Shown here piece after piece: positions 1 to 8,600 of a DNA stretch of 64,000 bases; the first letter of the stretch is position 1, and every line of letters begins with the position of its first letter. Under the pieces are notes generated by a model that saw only the letters and a list, made by a program, of their open reading frames with translations, did not search any database and was not told the DNA's origin. The translations under genes and the position numbers were made by a program. This DNA is from Gemmatimonadaceae bacterium (lineage in GTDB: Bacteria; Gemmatimonadota; Gemmatimonadetes; Gemmatimonadales; Gemmatimonadaceae), in contig JADGQV010000002.1 in assembly GCA_017881465.1 (NCBI GenBank), forward strand, positions 6,257 to 70,256, written 5' to 3'.

Positions 1-644
1 AGGATCCCGCTCCGGCCGTGACGCTCGGCGAGCTTCGTGATTCGGTTCTGTCGCGAATGGATCGCGACAGCCTGATCTATCGCGACACCGACGATCCGTG
101 TTCCAACGGACGCCCGATTTGCACCATCGCCATGACCGGTGGAGCAAAGTTTCACATCCTGGCGCCACTTCCCAACGGCGATGGGCCCAACAACCGGTCG
201 ACTGCCGTGAAATTGATCGGGCCCGATTCCGCATCGTTTACAATGTGGCTCGCGGGAGATGCGGAGCACGAAGAGATCAACTGGTTCGAGACCACCGGCT
301 ACGCCCGGAATCCCGGAATGCGGGTGAATGTTCTCAAGGCCGATCACCATGGGAGCTGCAACGGCGTCACATCGCGCTACCTTGCGCTGACGGGTCCACA
401 GTGGGTCGTCACATCACTCGCCGCACGCAACGACTACGGCCACATGCACACCCAGGCGAAGGAGATCTACCGCGGCGCCCGTGTGCCCTGGTATCGAACC
501 GATCAGAACGGCACGATCACCATCCGCACACCTGGGACGGTCGGTGGTGGATTCGCGATCACTCCGGAACGCGCCGGACCCGATCTCGATGGACCGAGCG
601 ACCGGGTATCGCGACAGCCGGGATGCGCGACGGGAGTGAGATAG
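1..644 (+). CDS. MBL-fold metallo-hydrolase, ComEC/Rec2 C-terminal-like (5' partial, enters from the left edge)
   Basis: The frame is open from base 3 with no upstream stop. LKADHHGSCNG and WLAGDAEHEE are typical of the ComEC-type beta-lactamase-fold domain. The convergent neighbour is a DUF3006 protein, a common partner of this family. Confidence 0.7.
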   Translation, partial: DPAPAVTLGELRDSVLSRMDRDSLIYRDTDDPCSNGRPICTIAMTGGAKFHILAPLPNGDGPNNRSTAVKLIGPDSASFTMWLAGDAEHEEINWFETTGYARNPGMRVNVLKADHHGSCNGVTSRYLALTGPQWVVTSLAARNDYGHMHTQAKEIYRGARVPWYRTDQNGTITIRTPGTVGGGFAITPERAGPDLDGPSDRVSRQPGCATGVR

Positions 645-655
645 GCCCCCGGCAG

Positions 656-937
656 TTAAAGCTGAATATCCCCGCCGCGATCGCTCTTCGACTTTCTCGA
701 CACCTGCTTCGCCGATCTGTCGAGCGCTTTTTTCTTCGCCGCCGGGTCCGTCTCGATCAGGAGCGCGGATTTCCCTTCCTCTCTGTCGTGAGTCACCGAC
801 ATCACATCGCCTTCCTTCACGCCTTCGGGTAATAGCCACGCGGGAATCGGCGTGACTGCGCGGCCGTCAACTTCGATCGAAGCTGACCCATCTTCGATCA
901 CATCGACGACCCACATGTGCTTGGAATGTTTACTCAT
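656..937 (-). CDS. DUF3006 domain protein
   Basis: MSKHSKHMWVVDVIEDGSASIEVDGRAVTPIPAWLLPEGVKEGDVMSV matches the DUF3006 pattern. The ATG at 937 is preceded by GGGAGAAACA (SD). The longer ORF to 1063 was rejected. Confidence 0.7.
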   Translation of the reverse strand: MSKHSKHMWVVDVIEDGSASIEVDGRAVTPIPAWLLPEGVKEGDVMSVTHDREEGKSALLIETDPAAKKKALDRSAKQVSRKSKSDRGGDIQL

Positions 938-1065
938 GACTGTTTCTCCCAACATGGTTGCGTCGCGAATGGCTACGGTTTCTAGAGTAGCACATGGCAT
1001 GTCGTATGCGCCATTGCGCGTCTCCGAGCCGCACGACTCGCACCAATCATCGCACGAGATCACCT

Positions 1066-2649
1066 ATGCACAGCGACTCAGGTCATACGACCTCCGTCTG
1101 GATGGACACCACCGAAGTGCCGCAGTTTCAACCGCTTACCCAGAATCTGCGCTCGAACGTCTGCGTGATAGGCGCCGGGATCGCAGGCATGACCACGGCT
1201 TATCTGCTCGCGCGGGCGGGCCGCGCCGTTGTCCTGATTGACGACGGACCAATCGGTGGTGGCGAAACGAGCCGTACCACCGCTCACCTTACAGCCGCGC
1301 TCGATGATCGTTACTACAACATCGAGAAGATGCACGGCCAGGAAGGTGCCAGGTTGGCAGCCGAGAGTCATATGGCCGCGATACATCGGATCGAGACCAT
1401 TGCGTCGATGGAAGACATCGACTGCGATTTCCAGCGCGTCGAAGGCTTCCTCTTTCTTGGCGGCGAGAATACGCGCAAGGATCTGGAACGAGAGCTCGAA
1501 GCGACCCGGCGCGCCGGAATATCCGATACACAGCTGGTCGATCGCATCCCGTTCGAATTCTGGGACAGCGGACCCGCGCTCCGCTTTCCTCGACAGGCCA
1601 CCTTTCATCCGCTCAAGTACCTGAAAGGTCTCGCCCGCGCGATTCTTCGTGACGGGGGCAAGATCTACACTGGCGTGCACGCGGAGAAGATCGAGGATGG
1701 CGAGCCCGCGCGGGTGACGACGAGCGATGGCCACGTTATCAGCGCGGACAATGTCGTTGTTTGCACCAACACTCCGGTCAACGACTGGCTAATCATCCAC
1801 AGCAAGCAGGCCGCGTATCGCACGTATGTCATCGGCGCGCGAGTTCCGAAGGGATCGGTCCCGCACGGGCTGTACTGGGATACTCCCGATCCCTACCACT
1901 ACATCCGCCTCCAGCACGCCGAGGACAAATCCGGGCACGAACTGGATTACGACATCCTGATCGTCGGCGGTGAAGATCACAAGACCGGCCAGGCCGCGGA
2001 CACCGAAGAAAGATTCGTGCGTCTCGAGCAATGGACACGAGAGCGCTTTCCTATGATCGAGCGCGTCGACTACCGCTGGTCGGGCCAGGTGATCGAGCCC
2101 GTCGATTACATGGCGTACATCGGCAAGAATCCGGGCGGCGATGAGCACATCTGGATCGCCACCGGCGATTCAGGAAATGGGATGACCCACGGCACGATTG
2201 CAGGCATCATCCTCAACGAGTTGGTGCAGGGACGCAAGCATCAATGGGCTCGATTCTACGATCCTTCCCGCGTCCGGCTCCGCGCGACCCCGGAGTTCGT
2301 GAAAGAAAACGTCAACGTTGCGGAACAGTACAAGGATTGGTTCACAGGCGGTGGTGCTGGCGACGTTGCGGCGATCAAGCCCGGTGAAGGGGCCATCATC
2401 GGTCGCGGTAGAGGCAAGATCGCGGTCTACCGCGACGAGAGAGGCGACATCCACCAGCTGTCGGCGGTGTGCACCCATCTCTACTGCATCGTTCACTGGA
2501 ACGACACCGAGAGAACGTGGGACTGTCCTTGTCACGGATCACGCTTCGATCCGTACGGCAAGGTCGTCAACGGCCCGGCTATAGTCGGGCTTTCTCCTGC
2601 TTCTCCTGAACCGAAGCCGGAGAAAGAGAGGGACGCAGCGAAACAGTGA
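1066..2649 (+). CDS. FAD-dependent oxidoreductase with C-terminal Rieske [2Fe-2S] domain
   Basis: N-terminal dinucleotide fold VCVIGAGIAGMTTAYLLARAG. C-terminal Rieske ligand motifs CTHLYC and CPCHGSRF. The start is ambiguous (994, 1066 or 1102). Confidence 0.85.
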   Translation: MHSDSGHTTSVWMDTTEVPQFQPLTQNLRSNVCVIGAGIAGMTTAYLLARAGRAVVLIDDGPIGGGETSRTTAHLTAALDDRYYNIEKMHGQEGARLAAESHMAAIHRIETIASMEDIDCDFQRVEGFLFLGGENTRKDLERELEATRRAGISDTQLVDRIPFEFWDSGPALRFPRQATFHPLKYLKGLARAILRDGGKIYTGVHAEKIEDGEPARVTTSDGHVISADNVVVCTNTPVNDWLIIHSKQAAYRTYVIGARVPKGSVPHGLYWDTPDPYHYIRLQHAEDKSGHELDYDILIVGGEDHKTGQAADTEERFVRLEQWTRERFPMIERVDYRWSGQVIEPVDYMAYIGKNPGGDEHIWIATGDSGNGMTHGTIAGIILNELVQGRKHQWARFYDPSRVRLRATPEFVKENVNVAEQYKDWFTGGGAGDVAAIKPGEGAIIGRGRGKIAVYRDERGDIHQLSAVCTHLYCIVHWNDTERTWDCPCHGSRFDPYGKVVNGPAIVGLSPASPEPKPEKERDAAKQ

Positions 2650-5600
2650 CCCGGTGATGTTTGCCATCATCGATCAGGTTGATCGCTTTCTCGACCGATC
2701 TTCCATCGACCGTCAATTCGGCCGTGCCTCGTTGCAGCCCGTCCGGATTCTCGACGGTGATTTCGTAAGTCGATGACCTGAAGCGGTATTCGATGGTGAA
2801 CTTCTTCCACCTTGCGGGAATGCATGGCTCGAGGAACAGCTCTTCCCCGCGCTGCCGGAAGCCTAGTATCGCTTCGAGGGCCGTCCGGTACATCCAGCTC
2901 GCCGAGCCGGTGTACCACGTCCACCCACCGCGCCCGAGATGTCCTTTCGCGGTGTACACGTCGGCTGCCACGACATACGGCTCGACCTTGTAGATATCGA
3001 CCGCCTTTGCGCTGTCAGAGTGCGTGATCGGATTCAGCATCTGGAACAGCTCGAACGCCCGATCGCCGTCTCCCTGAAGCGCTGTCGCCAGCACGGCCCA
3101 GAGCGCGGCGTGCGTATATTGGGCTCCGTTCTCGCGCACGCCCGGTAGATAGCCCTGAATGTAGCCGGGATCGTGCGTCGTCTTGTCGAACGGCGGCGTG
3201 AGCAGCAGTATGAGCCGCGCGTCCTCGCGTACCAGATACTTGTTCAGCGATTGCATGGCGATCCGGGTTCGCTCCGGACTCCCCGCGCCGGAGATGACGC
3301 TCCAGCTCTGCGCAATCGAGTCGATCTTGCATTCATCGCTCGTGCGCGACCCGAGTGGAGAACCGTCGTCGAAGTACGCCCGGCGATACCATTCTCCATC
3401 CCAGGCTGAGCGCTCGACCGCTTCGGCGTAGCTGTTGGCTTTCGCCAGCACTTCATCGCGGATCTCCGTGTCGCCGCGTTTCTCCGCGTGAACAGCGAAC
3501 TTGCGCAGCGTCGAGATCAGGAACCACGCGAGCCAGACGCTTTCTCCCTTTCCTTCGATTCCGACTCTGTTCATCCCGTCATTCCAGTCACCGCTGCCGA
3601 TGAGCGGAAGACCGTGTACACCAGCGGTGCACGCCTTCCTCAGCGCTCGAACGCAGTGGTCGTAGATGCTCCCGACCTCGGAAGAGACCTTCGGTAGCTC
3701 GTAGAGCTCGTGCTCGTCCGGGTTCAGCTCCCGCATCGTCAGGTAGGGAACCTCTACGTCGAATATCCCGCGATCGCACGAGACGTTTACGTAGTGGTCG
3801 ATGACGTACGGGAGCCAAACCAGATCATCCGAGAACCGTGTTCGTACTCCGCGACCGGTCTGCGGATGCCACCAGTGCTGGACGTCACCTTCCACGAATT
3901 GGCGGGATGCCGCTCGAACTATGTGCTCTCTGGCTACTTTCGCATCCGCATACACAAACGCCATCACGTCCTGCAGCTGGTCGCGGAACCCGAACGCGCC
4001 GCTCGACTGGTACAACGCGGTGCGTGCCCACATGCGGCACGACAGTGCCTGGTACAGAGACCAGCGATTCACCATCAGGTCGAACGTCGGGTCCGGCGTA
4101 TTGACCTTGATGGTGCCGAGTCTCTTCTCCCAGTCGCGGATGTTCGAATCGACCGCCCGTTTTGCGTCGGCGGATGTGCGGTTTCGCGCGATGATCTCCC
4201 GGACCGCATCTTCGCCTTCGGCTGCCCCAAGAAGCATGACGATTTCGCGCGTCTCGCCCGGTTCGATCGTGACACTCACCTGGAGCGCGCAGCACGGATC
4301 GATCGTCGCGCCGATTGCTCCGGACAATCCCGCGCGCTCGAGCCCCGCGGGACTCGAAATCGTCCCGTTTCTGCCGAGGAACTCTCGGCGGTCGGCGGTA
4401 TAGTACGCGACACGCTCGCTGATCGATGCGAACGCAACAGTGTCGGCAAACTGGAGGTCGAAATAATTGCGCGCAAACATCGACTGCGTGGCTTCGTCGA
4501 AGCTCGTGCGAATCTGATACTGCGTCAGCTCGCGATTTACGCCCAGCACCCACTCCAGGTACCACGTCAGCGTTAGCTTCTTCCGCACCGCTCCGTCATT
4601 GCGCAGAGTCAGGACGCTGATCTTCACCGGGTCGTTCTGATCGACGCCGAGCCGGAAGGAGCTCGCCAGTCCCTTGTGTGTGTGATCGAAGACGGAGTAG
4701 CCAGCGCCGTGTCGAACCTTATACGGCGTCGGCTCGCGGATCGGACAGGGCGTTGCCGTCCACAGATCGCCGTTCGCATCGTCGCGAAGAAAGACGCAGT
4801 CGCTCGACGGATCCCGCACCGGATCGTTGTGCCACGGAGTGAGGCGATAGAAATAGCTGTTTCCCGCCCAGGTCGTGCCGCTTCCACCTTCGCTCACGAT
4901 GAATCCCGCGACCGGATTGCCGACGACGTTGATCCATGGCGCCGGCGGCAGGTCGCTGCCCGTCAGGTGGATCTCATACTCACCATCTTCGTTGAATCCA
5001 CCGAGTCCGTTGAAGCACTGGAGGCCGGTGCCTGGATCAGCAGTCTCCGCATGGATCGCTACCGTGCCGAGAGGCACGATGTCGCGGTTCATGATCTCGA
5101 GCTTGGGCGGATATCTGTCCTCGACTCCCGGGAACTCGAGGAAGTTTCCAAGCCCCAGCCCGTCGCAGTTCACCTGCACGCGAGCCATCGCCTTGAGCAG
5201 CGTGATCTCTTCTGGTTTGAGGAGATCAGCTCGGCGGATGAACACACCGCCAGGTCGGTCGAGCAGTCCCGCCTCGCTGGACGCCATCGTGGTTGCCAGC
5301 AGCTCGTCGCTCAGCTCCTGCATGTACGTCGCGGGATGCACGTTCAGAATCACCAGATCGCAGGTGATTCCCTTGAGCCTCCAGTAGTGGTGCGTCCTGA
5401 GCAGCTGTCTCACGCTCGGCATTCCGACCGAGCTGTCCACGGTAGCGAGAAGTATCGGCCAGTCACCCGAGATGCCAAGCGTCCACAACGCCTGTTGTCC
5501 GAGTTTGTTCTCCTCGACGGCGCTCTCCGCCGGCCGGAATCCCGGGTGCGGGAACATCAAATGACCGGCGAGGTCCTGATATAGCGCCGCATCGGCAGGC

Positions 5601-8600
5601 GCAATCCCGAGATCGCGCAGCTCCGCCTGCGCCTGCGCCCACGACAGGTCGAGTGCGCGCCGCGCGCTGTACGGATCGTGATACAGGTCGGCCAGCTCTA
5701 TCGCGCGCTCTTTCTGCTCGGTTACGAAGGTCGTGAACGCGACGTGCGCCGATCCGCCCGGTGGAATCCGCACTTTCACACGTAGGGAGAAGATCGGATC
5801 GAGCACTGCGCCAACCGTTCCCGACAGGTCCGTGCCTTCATCGAGCGCTTCCGCATTCCTCACCGACCGCCCGCGACCGATGAATTTTGCGCGATCAGTC
5901 TCGCACGTGACCTTCCCAACGAGTTCCGGTCCGCACGCTACGACGTGCGCGCACCAGATCGCCGCCTCGGTCGCAGAGCGAGGACGCCGCGTGGCCAACA
6001 GCGCCGCTTTCCCTTCCAGAAATTCCGTTTGCACGAACAGATTGGCAAACGCGGGATGCGAACGGTCGGTATCAGGCGGCGCCAGAACAACCTCGGAGTA
6101 GCTCGTCAGCTCGATCTCACGCGTCTGGAGCGACCTGTTCGTCAGCATCACGCGCCGCACTTCCGCCGCATCGTCGGACGCGACTGCAATTTCCGTAACG
6201 GTGTCGATGTCACCGTCGCGACGAATGAACGTGATGCGGTCGCTAGCGAACAGCACGCGGTACCACTGCGGCTCCGTCCCCGATGGCTGGTGCGCCGTCG
6301 ACCAGACGTGGCCGGTGTTCAAGTCCTTCACGTAGCACCATTGCCCGTAGTTGTCGCGCGTCGAGTCGTGACGCCACCGGGTGACGGCAAGATTTCCGTA
6401 ACGGCTGAACCCGCCGCCCGCGTTCGTGATCAGAGTCGTGTACGGCACATTCCCGAGAATGCCGACGACCGGCTGCGGCGTGTGCGGCGTCTCGATCTCG
6501 CGCACCGCGGGCTTCTCCATCTCGCTCGGGACCCGCGCCGCGTCGTCGCCCTGAACGTCCTGCACCGTCAGCCGGCGGGGGATCCGCTCCTGGAGTACCA
6601 GCTCCGCCGAGCGCACGAGTGGATCAAGGTGGAAGCGGCGCGGCCATATCTGCCGGTCAAGCGCGTTGGCGAACGCGACGATGCTCATCCCGATGTGGTG
6701 CGCCATGAAGGTGCACACGATCGTCTTGCGGGAGCCCGGTGAGGGCCGGGTGTAGTCGAGAGCATCGCGGAATCCATAGGGACCGAGCGCACCCTCAGCC
6801 TCGAGCGTCGTGAGATTCTTGAGCGACTGACGCGGCTCCACCAGCATCGCCAGCACCGTCGCGTACGGCGCAACGACGAGCTCCTTGCTCAACCCGCGCT
6901 TGAGCGCGAGATCCGGAACGCCAAAGCCGCGGTATTGGTACGTGTGCAGCCTGTCGCGCACGGCATACGCGGATTCAGACACACCCCACGGTACGCCCCG
7001 CTCCGCGCCATAGGCGATCTGGCGCCTGACGCTTCCCTTATGCGTCTGGTCGAGCAGCGTGAAGGGAAAGGTTTGCATCACGAGAGCCGGCATTAGGTAC
7101 TCGAACATGCTGCCGCTCCAGGAGAGCAGCGTTCTCGTCCCCGCGGTGACCGTGAGCGAGCGGCCCAGCCTGAACCAGTGGTCGACTGAGACATCGTCCT
7201 TCGCGATCGCTATGAATGACGCGAGCCGGGATTCGGAGGCGAGCAGATCGTAATACGAGTTGTCCACGGTGTTGCTGCCGATGTGATAACCGATCGTGAA
7301 CAGCTTCCGCTTGATGTCGTAGAGGAAACGAAAATCCATCTCCACCGCGTATGCGTGCGCCCGCTCGGCGATCGCCTTCAGTCGCTTTGCATCCAGATCA
7401 GTGCAGGCTGGATCCTTCAGCATCTCGTAGCAAGCCTGCTTGAGCGCGATGAGATGTCCGGCGAAGTTGCCGCTGTCCACCGTCGAGACATACCCCGGCT
7501 CAAGCACACGCAGCTCGTTCAGGTCGTACCAGTTGAAGAAGTGGCCGTGGAAGCGCCGCATCCGCTCGAGAGAGCGGAAGACTTTCTCGACGCGGTCGAT
7601 CATATCCGATCTGGTGATGAAGCCAAGATCCACCGCGCTCACCGTCGAGAGGAGCTGGAGCCCGATGTTGGTCGGTGACGTGCGGAGCGCGAGAACCGGC
7701 TCCGGATCCTCCTGGAAATTGTCGGGCGCGAGCCACTGCGTTTCCTCCGTCACGAACTTCTCGAAGTACATCCAATGCAGCTTCGCGTATCGAAGCGCTG
7801 CCTGCCGCTCCGCATCGGTCAGATGTATCTCGCCGAGAATTGCGGGCCGGCTGAGCGCGAACGCGATGCTCGGGCTCGCGAACCAAGCGAGCACCAGCGG
7901 CAGCGTCCCCATGATGAACAGAAAACGTTCATCCGAGGTCGAGGCACCGCCGACCGTTACGTGAAAGCCGATGAGCGCACCCAGAACCAGACACAGCGCG
8001 GTAACCGGCCACATTTTGCGCCAGGTTTCGCGCTGGGATCCAACACCGAGCGCGCGCTCGACCTGGGAGGCGGTTTGCCACTCGAGAAGATTCCGGTGGC
8101 TGATGAACAACCTGTAGAGCGTCCGGACGATCGCATCGGCGGATACGACGGCCTGATGCGGGAGGAAAGCGACAGCCAGAGCGAATTGCTGCGCGTTAGT
8201 GATGGCATCACGCCCCACGGCCAGATAGTACACCAGCCACGACTGGTCGCGCGGCGGCTGCAGTAGTGAGATCGTCAGCGAGAAGAGCCAGGGAAACGCG
8301 ATCACTACCAGTACGATTCCCGTCCACTGAACGAAGGAGCCCCGAAGCAGCAACCAGCCGACGATCAGCATCGTCAGTTGAAAGATCTCGACCAGACTTC
8401 GGCGTAGATTGTCGAGAATCTTCCAGCGCGATATCGCCGACAGGCGGTTCTGCATCCGCCCGTCGGGACCTGGAACGGTCCCCTTCAGCCACCCAAGCAG
8501 CTGCCAGTCGCCCCGAATCCACCGGTGCTTCCGGCGCGTAAATGTCAGATATCGCGCCGGATAGTCGTCGTACACCTCGATATCGCTCCCCAGCCCGGCG

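Noticed and set aside
98-839. ORFs 98..832 (+) and 414..839 (-) overlapping the ComEC-like and DUF3006 genes.
   Set aside because: They are alternative or antisense frames of genes with clear family motifs and have no motifs of their own.
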